Assembly: GCA_028823035.1 (NCBI GenBank)
Contig: JAPKCI010000006.1
Coordinates: 2,038-66,037, forward strand
From: Rubripirellula sp.
GTDB lineage: Bacteria; Planctomycetota; Planctomycetia; Pirellulales; Pirellulaceae
Direction of reading: 5' to 3'
Length of the DNA stretch: 64,000 bases
Part shown: in pieces, positions 1 through 9,057 of the stretch
How positions within the stretch are numbered: the first letter of the stretch is position 1
How the letters are laid out: each line of letters starts with the position of its first letter
The notes under the pieces: model-generated
Seen by the model: only the letters and a program-made list of their open reading frames with translations
The model's database searches: none
What the model was told of the DNA's origin: nothing
Program-made: the position numbers and the translations under genes

Positions 1-72
1 CTCCTCCATGCTTCGCGCATTGAGGTTGAGCAGGCAGGATCCTTCGGAGATGGAGCGAAACAGGGATTTCAC
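1..72 (-). CDS. 5' end of a gene running off the window (MKSLFRSISEGSCLLNLNARSMEE...), possibly a PTS IIA-like domain protein
   Basis: GTG at 72 opens a frame that runs to position 1. LNLNARSMEE loosely resembles the N-terminus of PTS IIA domains. Only 24 codons are visible. Confidence 0.3.
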   Translation of the reverse strand, partial: MKSLFRSISEGSCLLNLNARSMEE

Positions 73-390
73 GTTCGGTGCCGCTGGGGATCGAGTGGGT
101 TGAGAAATTCGACAAGTGACTGAAGCTTTGGATGTCCACCGACTGGCATCGAGTTACCAATCGGGATCTTGTTTGTCACGGATCAGCATAGCAACGAGTC
201 GACCCACTTTACTTGGTGTGAGCGAATTCTCAGCAGGTCAACGAATTCTTGTCGATTCAGCAGATAGCCAAAATCATGAATTGAATCACGGTAAAGATCG
301 ACGTGGCTTGATTACCGACTTGATGAAAATTATCGTACGGGTGTCTCGCCCTGCGGAAATTCCCTACCTGATTTGCCACGAAGGGGTGTA

Positions 391-909
391 TCAGTCGGAG
401 GCACTGGGCTGAAGGGCCGAATTAGCCTCAACAGCCGGTTTGGCACCGTTTTCCTCGATTTCATCGGATTCGGTGTCGGCCTGGCGTCGTGTCGCAAGCT
501 CATCCCTGAGGCGGTTAAAGGACTCAGCGGCGTCTCCCCAAAAATCATTTTTTCGGGAGTACATGGGGGCGACATCTTCACCGTTGGAGAGTTTTCGCAA
601 CTCCCTTCGCAGGCGGAACATTGGGCCGACAAAGCGGTTGGAAATATTGATCAGATCGTAGGCGAAAAGGGGAGCTAGCAGCATCAGCCCAGGTGCCCAG
701 AATACAGCCTCATTGAGGCAACGGAACAATGACTCCGAAAGCGGTTCCTGCGGATGACTAAGGGAGTCCGACAGAACAAAAATGACCAGTAAATATATCG
801 CAGTCGCGGCGGCATAGAGCCCTGTGCGACGAACGAGTGCTCCCTGGACCCCTGAGTCAATCAGGATCCGCCGTCTTGTCGGAGATGCCGCAGGAGGAGA
901 ATTTATCAT
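391..909 (-). CDS. Small membrane protein with two TM helices and a HAMP-like segment, no output domain
   Basis: Two hydrophobic stretches, then RFVGPMFRLRRELRKLSNGEDVAPMYSRKNDFWGDAAESFNRL (HAMP-like pattern), then an acidic tail. Co-oriented 18 bp after the pilin. Confidence 0.7.
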   Translation of the reverse strand: MINSPPAASPTRRRILIDSGVQGALVRRTGLYAAATAIYLLVIFVLSDSLSHPQEPLSESLFRCLNEAVFWAPGLMLLAPLFAYDLINISNRFVGPMFRLRRELRKLSNGEDVAPMYSRKNDFWGDAAESFNRLRDELATRRQADTESDEIEENGAKPAVEANSALQPSASD

Positions 910-927
910 GGTCCAGTCATGTTGGGC

Positions 928-1116
928 CTAATTGGAGATGGCTCCAGAGATTGCCCCTGAGGATGTGTCAAAGCTTTCACCGGTGCGTGAGGCCAAGTAC
1001 ACAACGGCCACAATGCAGATGCCGATGATCATGGCAAGCATGATGGCGTATTCAACGGTCGTTGGGCCCTGTTCTTCGCCCAAGAAGGTTTTGATTGCTT
1101 TCGTTTTTGACTTCAT
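928..1116 (-). CDS. flp: Flp family type IVb pilin
   Basis: 62 aa with the prepilin motif EEQG|PTTVEYAIML (G|xxxxEY) followed by a hydrophobic helix. Confidence 0.9.
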   Translation of the reverse strand: MKSKTKAIKTFLGEEQGPTTVEYAIMLAMIIGICIVAVVYLASRTGESFDTSSGAISGAISN

Positions 1117-1383
1117 GAGCCACCTCTCATCTTCGCGTCATGTGAAGTATTTATATGAAATAACTACTGTAGATTTTGCTCGTCCTGAAACCCTAGTACG
1201 CTTTGATGCGTATCAAGACTCTTTGAAGTCTACTGTTCGCCTAAAAGTGGCGTTCTGTCAACATTTTTTCAATTAATCGGGTTGTAGCGATTTTCAGGGG
1301 TAGTCATCACCTACCAGTGTGGTGGTCCTCTGCTAACCTATATTTCCAGATCCACCCCCAACGTTGAGTTTGAGCCCCGAACC

Positions 1384-3156
1384 ATGTTTGGTCCGATTTT
1401 TAATCGCGAAGCGACGGTGGTTCCGAAACGCCCGAAGACCTATCTGATTCGAGCAGTTTACGTCCTGACCTTGTTCCTGCTGCTATGCACTGGATATCTG
1501 GTGCTGGATGGGTCTCGATCATTAGCGACCAGCGGTGACTCCGCGAGGTTTGGAGGGTGGATGTTCACGCTCTTGGCGCCTTTGCAACTGCTTGTTCTGG
1601 CAAGTCTTGCTGCGGTCGGTGCGGCGAGTAGCGTTGCTCAGGAAAAAGACCGAAGAACGTTGTTGCTATTATTGTTGACGCGGCTGTCCGGCTTCGAGGT
1701 GGTTGTCGGTAAGTTGACAGCCTCATTGTTGACACCCATGACAATGTTGTTGGGTGCGTTACCTCTCTTTCTGACGTTACCCCTGCTCGGCGGTGTTTCG
1801 CCGCAGCAGGTCGTTGGCGTTTTTGTCGTGACGGCGGCAACAATTTTTTTGGCAGGTAGCATCGGCACTGTTGTGGGGATGTGGCGTGACAAGACGTTCC
1901 AGGCAATCGCGATGACGGTGCTTGGGCTGTTGATGTACGTGGGGATCGGCGAGGTCGTTGCTGCCCTGTTTCTCGGCGTGCCACAGTCAATTGTTCTGGC
2001 CTTGAGCCCCCCCCGCGCGCTTGCCGCCGCCGCATCACCGATGGCCAGTTTATCGGGCGAAACAGCTTTGGGCGTGACCCTCTTTGTGGTGTGTACCGTT
2101 TTCATGGCAATGGTGGTTTTGGCTGTTGGCGTCGCCCGGGTTCGCGTCTGGAACCCGTCTCGCGATGTCCGCCTCAGGGCTCCAGAACCAGAGTCATCTG
2201 GCGAGATCGAAGGAGAAATGGCGGCTACGAATTGGAAAGCACGGTCGCCTCGAAGGGTTTGGGACAACCCAATCCTGTGGCGGGAAGTCCGCACTTGGGC
2301 TTACGGGCGGAAGATTGTCGTCATTCGTGTCGCCTTTGTGGTGTTCTTTCTGTTCATCGCTGGTGTTTTGTACTCCCAAATCCAGAGCGGGGTGGCCATG
2401 GAACCCGGTGGACGGATTGGTCGTGCACTGCCCTCGGCGACCATTCCAGTTGCCGCACTGGGAGTGATCAGTCTCGTGCTCGTAAATGCCTTGGCGGTCA
2501 ACTCTGTGACGGGTGAGCGAGATGGACTGGCACTCGATTTGTTGCTGGCGACTGACTTGAGTCCCAAGGAGTTCGTCTTTGGAAAGCTACTTGGTGTGCT
2601 ATACGTCGCCAAGGAGATGATCCTGCTACCAATCTTATTGGTGATCTTTCTCGCCAGTTGCGAAGTAATGACTTACGAGAATATGGTCTACATGATTCTC
2701 GGAGCGATCATCCTGTATGTGTTTGTGACGATGCTTGGATTGCACTCAGGGCTCAACTATGTTGCGGGTCGCACTGCGATACTGGCAAGTTTGGGGACTG
2801 TTTTCTTTCTGTGCGTCGGGATAGCGATCTGCATGACGATCATGGTCAGCTTTCGCGGTGCCTTCCAACTTCAGTTGGCACCCTTCCTTGTGATGATTCT
2901 CGGAGGTGGAGCAGCCCTGTTTGCCTCACTGGGTTGGCGGAATCCTTCTTCCGCAATTTTTTTCGCTTCTTTTGGTTTGCCATTGGTGACGTTCTACGCC
3001 ATCACGCAGTTTCTGCTTCAGGCAGATCATCTTTATGTGTTTTTTGCCTTGCTGGTCGGTTACGTATTCACGACAGCAGCCATGATGATTCCCTCCTTGA
3101 GTGACTTTGACGTATCGCTGGAGCGGGATCGTGGGGCCGGTGGAGACGCCGCTTGA
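1384..3156 (+). CDS. ABC-2-type transporter permease with two repeated membrane domains
   Basis: Two repeated permease modules (QEKDRRTLLLLLLT..GKL and GERDGLALDLLLATDLSPKEFVFGKL) joined by a WDNPILWRE linker; many TM helices. Confidence 0.8.
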   Translation: MFGPIFNREATVVPKRPKTYLIRAVYVLTLFLLLCTGYLVLDGSRSLATSGDSARFGGWMFTLLAPLQLLVLASLAAVGAASSVAQEKDRRTLLLLLLTRLSGFEVVVGKLTASLLTPMTMLLGALPLFLTLPLLGGVSPQQVVGVFVVTAATIFLAGSIGTVVGMWRDKTFQAIAMTVLGLLMYVGIGEVVAALFLGVPQSIVLALSPPRALAAAASPMASLSGETALGVTLFVVCTVFMAMVVLAVGVARVRVWNPSRDVRLRAPEPESSGEIEGEMAATNWKARSPRRVWDNPILWREVRTWAYGRKIVVIRVAFVVFFLFIAGVLYSQIQSGVAMEPGGRIGRALPSATIPVAALGVISLVLVNALAVNSVTGERDGLALDLLLATDLSPKEFVFGKLLGVLYVAKEMILLPILLVIFLASCEVMTYENMVYMILGAIILYVFVTMLGLHSGLNYVAGRTAILASLGTVFFLCVGIAICMTIMVSFRGAFQLQLAPFLVMILGGGAALFASLGWRNPSSAIFFASFGLPLVTFYAITQFLLQADHLYVFFALLVGYVFTTAAMMIPSLSDFDVSLERDRGAGGDAA

Positions 3157-4415
3157 ACTGGATCACGGACGTTTGGCTTTGGCTGCTCGCCATGGGCATT
3201 CTGATCGTTTTCAGCGCTTTGTTTAGCGGCAGTGAAGCTGCGATGTTTTCGTTGAATCATCGCAGTCGCAAAAGTTTGACGCGGGCGGGCGTTGGTGGCA
3301 GGATCACGGCAAAAATGCTTGCAGATCCAGAGCATCTGCTGTCGGCCGTGTTGTTTTGGAACCTGCTGATCAATATGACCTACTTTGCGATCGCCGCAAT
3401 TGTTGGCTCGCGGTTAGAGAACGATATCAGCCTTGGTCGCCCGGTTGCCGTAGCTTTCACCGTCGTGAGCTTGCTGGCCATTATCTTCTTCAGTGAGATG
3501 CTGCCGAAAAGCGTCGCGGTTCTGACGCCGGTTCGGATTGCCGTGATGCTTGGTCCTCCGCTGTCACTTGCCGTTCGGATGGTCAGTCCGGTTCTGCCTC
3601 TGGTGACTGCTGTGAATCTGGCCGCCAGTCGTCTGATCTGGCCATCATTCAAACCTGAGCAGGAAATTGACCTCGCTGACATTGAGCGGGCGATCAATCT
3701 GGGAACTGATGATGCCGTCTTATTGCAGCGTGAGCGGATGGCATTGCAGGGATTGGTCGAAATAGCTGAAACGCGGGTCGGTGAGTTGATGCGACCTCGC
3801 AATAAGCTTTGGATGAGTCCTGCGCCCGTGGACCCTGATGTTGTTCTCAATAGTATGCCATCAAGTGGCTACCTGATGGTGACAGATTCGACGGGTGAAA
3901 TAATCACCCATTCCGTCAGTGTTCGAATGATGGGGCCGAGACAGTTGGATGACATGGAAGCCTGTAGCGAACCGGTAATTTATGTGCCTTGGTCATCCAG
4001 GGTTTCTCAGGTTTTGGACCGACTGAATGAAGAACACCGTTCCGTTGCGGTGGTTGTCAACGAGTTTGGGGAATTGCTGGGAGCCGTCTCAATCGATGCG
4101 GTCATGCGGAGCATTTTGGCTCCGAGACATGAGGAGGATCCTTTTGGTGAAGTCATGATTCAAGAGATTGCTGAGAATCACTATCGGGTTTCGGGCTTGG
4201 TCAGCGTGCGAGCCTTGGCCAAACGTCTTGGGGTGGCGGTCGCCGAAGAAGGAATCAATACGGTCGCCGGATACATTCAGCGGAATAATGAGCGTCTGCC
4301 TCGGATGGGAGACACGGCGAGATTAGGTGATTATCGGCTGACCGTTTTGGAGGCAGAAGATGATGGTATCTGGATTGATATTGTGCAGGTCGAGTGGAAG
4401 GAGGATCTTTCATAA
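3153..4415 (+). CDS. CNNM/DUF21 + CBS + CorC_HlyC protein (CorB/hemolysin-like)
   Basis: FSALFSGSEAA, LFWNLLIN and FSEMLPKS DUF21 motifs; CBS pair; C-terminal NTVAGYI CorC-like domain. TTG start overlaps the upstream TGA. Confidence 0.9.
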   Translation: MNWITDVWLWLLAMGILIVFSALFSGSEAAMFSLNHRSRKSLTRAGVGGRITAKMLADPEHLLSAVLFWNLLINMTYFAIAAIVGSRLENDISLGRPVAVAFTVVSLLAIIFFSEMLPKSVAVLTPVRIAVMLGPPLSLAVRMVSPVLPLVTAVNLAASRLIWPSFKPEQEIDLADIERAINLGTDDAVLLQRERMALQGLVEIAETRVGELMRPRNKLWMSPAPVDPDVVLNSMPSSGYLMVTDSTGEIITHSVSVRMMGPRQLDDMEACSEPVIYVPWSSRVSQVLDRLNEEHRSVAVVVNEFGELLGAVSIDAVMRSILAPRHEEDPFGEVMIQEIAENHYRVSGLVSVRALAKRLGVAVAEEGINTVAGYIQRNNERLPRMGDTARLGDYRLTVLEAEDDGIWIDIVQVEWKEDLS

Positions 4416-5353
4416 TGGTGGCCGTAGTCCTGTTTCTGGTCGGTATTTCGTTAAGCGCGTTCTTCAGCGGTAGCGAGACAGGTTTGTACCGTGTGTCGAG
4501 AACACGACTCGTACTTGATGGATTGAGCGGGTCACGGATGGCACGCTGGATGATTTGGCTTCTGAATCATCCGGCGATTTTTGTGGCCACGACGCTGGTC
4601 GGAAATAACCTTGCCAATTACGTCACCAGTCTGGCGATTGTGATGGGGGTCGCGGTGTTCTTTGGTGACAGTTCCAGTGCTGGATTGTTGGGGTCGATGT
4701 GCCTGACTCCGGTCGTTTTTGTTTTTGGTGAGTTACTTCCCAAGTACCTGTTCTATCACGCTCCCTACCGTTTGCTCACAGCGGCACGTCCCCTGTTGTT
4801 GTCGGCAACCGTGTTGTTGAGTCCGGTCTCGTTGGTATTGGGCTTGCTGGGGAAGGCATTGCAGACAGTCACAGGGCAGACTCCGTTTCGTCTACGGTTG
4901 GCGATGGCCCGCGGAGAGCTTGATCAGGTCTTAAGGCACGGTCACGAAGCCGGAATTCTGGCTGCAGGGCAACGATCACTGGCGCAGCGGTTGTTTGAGG
5001 TTGGGAATCAATCGGCGATTTCATTTGGAGTACCAGTCGACCGTCTGGCAATCGTCTCCACACCAATTGATGTCAGCCATGCGAGAAACGAAGCTCGTCG
5101 CCACAATCATCCGATGATCCTGGTTCAGAACCAGAGTCGCATTGTTGGATTTCTGTGGTACGCAGATCTGTGCAGCAATGACCCTGATCTGGAATTCCAT
5201 TCCATCCTGAATGGGCGTGTCGAAGACCGTCATCTGCAGGTATTACTGAGCCTGTACGACGGTGGCAGTGAGATTGCCATGCTGATGGATGACCACGGTA
5301 ATATCCGCGGTGTTGTGACCAGACGCCAGTTGATACAGCCTTTGATCAAGTGA
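4415..5353 (+). CDS. Second CNNM/DUF21 protein (shorter, no CorC domain)
   Basis: SAFFSGSETG, TLVGNNLAN and FGELLPK motifs. ATG at 4415 is in a TAATG overlap with the upstream stop. Confidence 0.88.
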   Translation: MVAVVLFLVGISLSAFFSGSETGLYRVSRTRLVLDGLSGSRMARWMIWLLNHPAIFVATTLVGNNLANYVTSLAIVMGVAVFFGDSSSAGLLGSMCLTPVVFVFGELLPKYLFYHAPYRLLTAARPLLLSATVLLSPVSLVLGLLGKALQTVTGQTPFRLRLAMARGELDQVLRHGHEAGILAAGQRSLAQRLFEVGNQSAISFGVPVDRLAIVSTPIDVSHARNEARRHNHPMILVQNQSRIVGFLWYADLCSNDPDLEFHSILNGRVEDRHLQVLLSLYDGGSEIAMLMDDHGNIRGVVTRRQLIQPLIK

Positions 5354-5371
5354 TCAAGTGAGTCGGCCTAC

Positions 5372-5653
5372 TCAGTTCATCGTATTCTGATAGCCGAGTT
5401 TGGTAAGCACAGACAGCATCTCATCGCAGGTCAAGTAGCGGCGATGGTGTTGTACTTTGTACTCGTCGATGGCAACTGCGAGTTCGCGTCCTGCCGGTGA
5501 CAGTCCGCTATGGGAACTGCCGAATTGGCGACGCTCTGCTTGTTGTTGTTCGGTTTTTACCGCACTTCGTCGGTCAATGAATTCATTGTTACCAGATGAA
5601 GTGCTTTCATTGGCGACAGGGAAAGACTGACTCGAAGTATTGTGAAGCGACAT
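5372..5653 (-). CDS. Small hypothetical protein (DRR/ERRQF motifs, C-terminal helical domain)
   Basis: Open frame with a protein-like C-terminus (ELAVAIDEYKVQHHRRYLTCDEMLSVLTKLGY). Start placed at ATG 5653; the ORF track extends it to 5689. Confidence 0.7.
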   Translation of the reverse strand: MSLHNTSSQSFPVANESTSSGNNEFIDRRSAVKTEQQQAERRQFGSSHSGLSPAGRELAVAIDEYKVQHHRRYLTCDEMLSVLTKLGYQNTMN

Positions 5654-6026
5654 GATGAGTCTCAATCGGTAAGTGAGTTGTAAATACAATCACAAGCATC
5701 CTATTTCCAAGGACTGTTAGAACTTTAGCCTAAGAAACAGGCATAGGTCGGCTGTAAGCGACGAATTGAGCAGAACCGCAGCCGTCCCCGCTGTCAGCGG
5801 GGAGAACTTTGGATTGTCATGCAGTGTCGGCAATCAAGAAATTTTGATGTTGTAATGCATGCAACCAGAATAATCGGGATTATCGTTGTCACGCTCATCC
5901 TGTCAGCACGAGTTCGGCTGGCGGTTGTTGCGCTGGAGCCATGGTCTGGCCAGACAATCGTCGCGATTTAGAGACAGCAACCACGTCGTTCACCAGGCAC
6001 CCCTGAGGCATCCTAGGAATGACGTT

Positions 6027-6989
6027 TTAGCGTCTTTGCTGACTATCCTCGATTGTCTTCTCGTGAGCGAGTCTCTGTTCCTCTTCCTGAAATTGCTGCC
6101 GCAACATTCCATCCTCGAACCGCTCTGGGGCAAGGTCAGCAGCTCGCTGCAATGTAGCTCTTGATTGGTCCACCTTGCGATCTTGCAATTCCAGAGAGGC
6201 CAATTCAATCAGCGGATCAGGATTGTTTCCGTCTTTGGCGATCGCGCGGCGGAAGCTTTCTTTGGCGTCTTCGGTTCTGCCTTCCTGTTTCAGTGCGATG
6301 CCCCTGAGTAAATCAACCCGGGCTGGCGCTGCTGCGACTCCGATGCCGTCGTGCAATCGATCAAGGGTGGCCAGCACGCGATCGTACCTCTGCTGGGTAC
6401 TGTAGATTTCCGCCGCTGTCTGCTGGACTTTGGGGTAATCGGGCTGCAATGCCAAGGCACGATGATAGGCTGACAGAGATGGTTGTAACGCGGGGTGTGT
6501 TGCATCAGATATCCCAGCCGCAGCCAATAGACAGTCACCGTACAACGCCCAAGCTTGTGCTGAGTCACGTTCTGATTCCAGTGCCCACAGACTATGGAAT
6601 TTGGCATCTTCGAGGCGGCCTATTTCCAAGTACATTCGTCCCAGTCGCTGAACCATTTTAGGATCTCCGGCACTCAGTCGAACGGCTTGTTCCATATGCT
6701 CGACGGCCAATCCGGTTTCGCCCCGATTCCAATATGATTCTGCCAATCCCCAGTGGGCGCGGTCGTCGTTTTTTGATTTATCGAGTGCCTTGGTGAACAA
6801 TTCCTCGGCATCTTGCCAACTGCCGTCGTGTATTTTCTGGAAACCCATGCCGGAAAAACGTCTTGCGTCGATCGATTTCAACTGCTGTTTGTGGCTCATG
6901 CTCTGGCAGCCACAGCAGGTGAACACCGTCACCAGCAGCAGTTCGGTAAATCGTCGGAGCATTTTGAGGGGCATGATTGATTCCAGCAC
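6027..6989 (-). CDS. TPR-repeat protein, probable lipoprotein
   Basis: Repeated TPR patterns (AHWGLAESYWNRGETGLAVEHMEQAVRL, SAYHRALALQPDYP) and an N-terminal signal with a lipobox-like FTCCGC. Confidence 0.85.
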   Translation of the reverse strand: MLESIMPLKMLRRFTELLLVTVFTCCGCQSMSHKQQLKSIDARRFSGMGFQKIHDGSWQDAEELFTKALDKSKNDDRAHWGLAESYWNRGETGLAVEHMEQAVRLSAGDPKMVQRLGRMYLEIGRLEDAKFHSLWALESERDSAQAWALYGDCLLAAAGISDATHPALQPSLSAYHRALALQPDYPKVQQTAAEIYSTQQRYDRVLATLDRLHDGIGVAAAPARVDLLRGIALKQEGRTEDAKESFRRAIAKDGNNPDPLIELASLELQDRKVDQSRATLQRAADLAPERFEDGMLRQQFQEEEQRLAHEKTIEDSQQRR

Positions 6990-7138
6990 AATGGCGCAAG
7001 TTGTTCTGGTATCAAAACCCCCTGTTTAACGCAATGCAGGCTCCTCGAGACTGACTCACTACGGCTGGGAATTTTCCACGACTTAGTGCATCATGAGTAT
7101 CCGCAGATCATGGTGATTTGTTCCCGTAACGTGAGATT

Positions 7139-7576
7139 GTGCTGAGCATGCCTGCCACTTTCGAGTCTTTTGGAATCAGATTTCTCTATCCGGATAACTG
7201 GAAAGAGATCGAACGCCCAGAGGACGAGGGACATGACGGTGTGACGCTTGAGATGCCGACGGGTGGTTTTTTTACCCTCGAAAAAGACTATGAAGGTCAG
7301 TTGGCAGAGGAAATCATCGAAGAAATCGTTACTTCAATGGCCGAAGAATATGGCGAAATGGAGCAGGAAGACATCGAACTAACGGGTGCGTCACAGCACG
7401 AGAGGGCTGTCGACTTCCGGTTCTACTGTCTCGACCTTGTGGTGGTTTCACGATTGATAATCATGATGGCAGGCGGCAACACTCTCGTACTGCAGATACA
7501 GGCCGAAAGCCGCGAGTTTGATGACAACGAGCTTGTGTTCACCGCGCTCCTGAAACAGATTCGAGATTTGCTCTAA
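7139..7576 (+). CDS. Acidic hypothetical protein (possibly PsbP/DUF1795-like fold)
   Basis: FGIRFLYPDNWKE N-terminus and alternating beta pattern. Likely start is ATG 7148. The stop overlaps the convergent fur stop. Confidence 0.7.
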   Translation: MLSMPATFESFGIRFLYPDNWKEIERPEDEGHDGVTLEMPTGGFFTLEKDYEGQLAEEIIEEIVTSMAEEYGEMEQEDIELTGASQHERAVDFRFYCLDLVVVSRLIIMMAGGNTLVLQIQAESREFDDNELVFTALLKQIRDLL

Positions 7577-8073
7577 ACCAGATCCTGTTTCCGCTTTTTT
7601 CGGCGATTTTTACCACAATCACGACAAACTCCCTGAATGATCATTCGATGGCCGCTCACACGAAAACCCTTTTCAAAGGCAACTTTGTCTCGAAGGTTCA
7701 TGAGCTCATCACTCTGAAATTCAAAGAGCTTTCTACACCGAGTGCAGTACAAGTGGTCATGCTGCGGGTATCCGTAATCGAGCTCGTAAACCGTCCGTCC
7801 ATCGAGTTGAAAACTCTTCAGTAGACCGGCATCAACGAACTCGCGGAGTGTTCGGTACACTGTCGCCGAACTCACGTAATTTTTCTCGCCTCTTCGAGGC
7901 AGACGGTCAATTAACTCATCTGCATCGAAGTGGTCGTGTTCCTCGAACACCGCCTTGATCAGGAACTTGCGCTGACTGGTCTGACGCAGCCCTCGAGTCT
8001 GCAAATATTCTTCGAATCTCTCCTGAGGGGAAGAAGAAACGTTCAGTGGTTCGAGGGAATCGGCAGTGGACAC
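7573..8073 (-). CDS. fur: Fur family transcriptional regulator
   Basis: HDHFDADEL, SATVYRTL, HDHLYCTRC and GVCRDC motifs (two CxxC). Confidence 0.9.
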   Translation of the reverse strand: MSTADSLEPLNVSSSPQERFEEYLQTRGLRQTSQRKFLIKAVFEEHDHFDADELIDRLPRRGEKNYVSSATVYRTLREFVDAGLLKSFQLDGRTVYELDYGYPQHDHLYCTRCRKLFEFQSDELMNLRDKVAFEKGFRVSGHRMIIQGVCRDCGKNRRKKRKQDLV

Positions 8074-8188
8074 GGGCGTATTTAAGTAGAGCCGGAACCC
8101 GGTGCAATATGGCTAATCTGCCAGAGTTCCTAAGATGGACGACGTTTAACAGCCAAAGTATTCTACCCAACTGTGGAACGGTGATCCC

Positions 8189-8219
8189 AAAAAACAGGTC
8201 ACTTCCCTTGCAATGTGAC
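8189..8219 (-). terminator. Possible intrinsic terminator downstream of flgM
   Basis: Minus strand GTCAC-12 nt-GTGAC hairpin followed by CTGTTTTTT. The stem is short and the loop large. Confidence 0.35.
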
Positions 8220-8304
8220 TGAACGCCACGGCCGCGTGCGGAGCGATTGCCCCACCGCGGTCATTTCCGCTGCTGTACTGGAGAACCGGGCTAATTGTGC
8301 CCCG

Positions 8305-8607
8305 TTAGGCGAACTGATCGAGTAAACGATCTAACGCCGCATCCATTTTCTCGGGTGTCTCGTAGCTTCCGTCGGCGATCTGACGCCGGATTTCAGCTAC
8401 CCGGTCGATTCGAATCTCACCACCACCAGCGGCAGCAGTGCTTGCGTTGAGTCTGTTGACGCCGGTCGCTGCACTGGACAGATCGAGCTGATCTAACGCA
8501 GTTGAGTTCGGTTGGGGGGCCGCATCAGCCGGTTTCTGTGGCTGTGTGCGTTGGGCTGCAGCATTGGGCTGCGTCGTGGAAACCCGGTAAGGGCCATAAA
8601 TCTGCAT
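8305..8607 (-). CDS. flgM: Flagellar anti-sigma-28 factor FlgM
   Basis: MQIYGP N-terminus, DQLDLS, and C-terminal IRIDRVAEIRRQIADGSYET, all typical of FlgM. Start moved to ATG 8607. Confidence 0.88.
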   Translation of the reverse strand: MQIYGPYRVSTTQPNAAAQRTQPQKPADAAPQPNSTALDQLDLSSAATGVNRLNASTAAAGGGEIRIDRVAEIRRQIADGSYETPEKMDAALDRLLDQFA

Positions 8608-9057
8608 CGTCGAATTGCTCCCATTTGGGACTGGAACTTCCACCGATTCGATAACGCCCCTGATTGAGGCGAGATCCTGTCGAGTCGAATGGATGCGAAA
8701 TCGCATAATGACCGGGCCAGCAACGTAAGATCATCCTGATCAGACGAAGTGATTGGCCGTTTCCGTGTCGGTCGTCAGCGCCGCGATCCTTGTCCCAGGA
8801 AGCAATCCGTAACAGAAGAGAGACTTTTCAGCGCAAAGTGGACGGAAACAATCTAGGTATCGACCCTTCCGTACTCCACGCTTCAGTCTTTCCTTCAAAA
8901 CAAACGCAACAGGGGACGAAGACAATGGGAAAGTAGCAAACGCGTGAAACAACGAGCAAGGGCAAAGTCTCGTTACTGGAGAATTGCTCCAAATGGGCGT
9001 GCCGCGATCGCTGTATCTTACCCAGAACCCTTTATGTTGCGCTGCTTCACCAAACTG

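Noticed and set aside
1239-1261. Sigma-70 promoter for flp from TTGACA (minus strand, 1261-1256)
   Set aside because: No -10 hexamer at 16-18 bp spacing; TAGACT is 23 bp away.
5855-5971. 38-aa hydrophobic sORF (MHATRIIGIIVVTLIL...) on the + strand
   Set aside because: No clear RBS and no recognisable family; could arise by chance in a 370-bp intergenic region.
8608-8760. Sigma-28 promoter upstream of flgM (also checked upstream of flbD, 43307-43529)
   Set aside because: Only partial -10-like words (e.g. GCCGACAG before flbD) with no correctly spaced TAAA-like -35.
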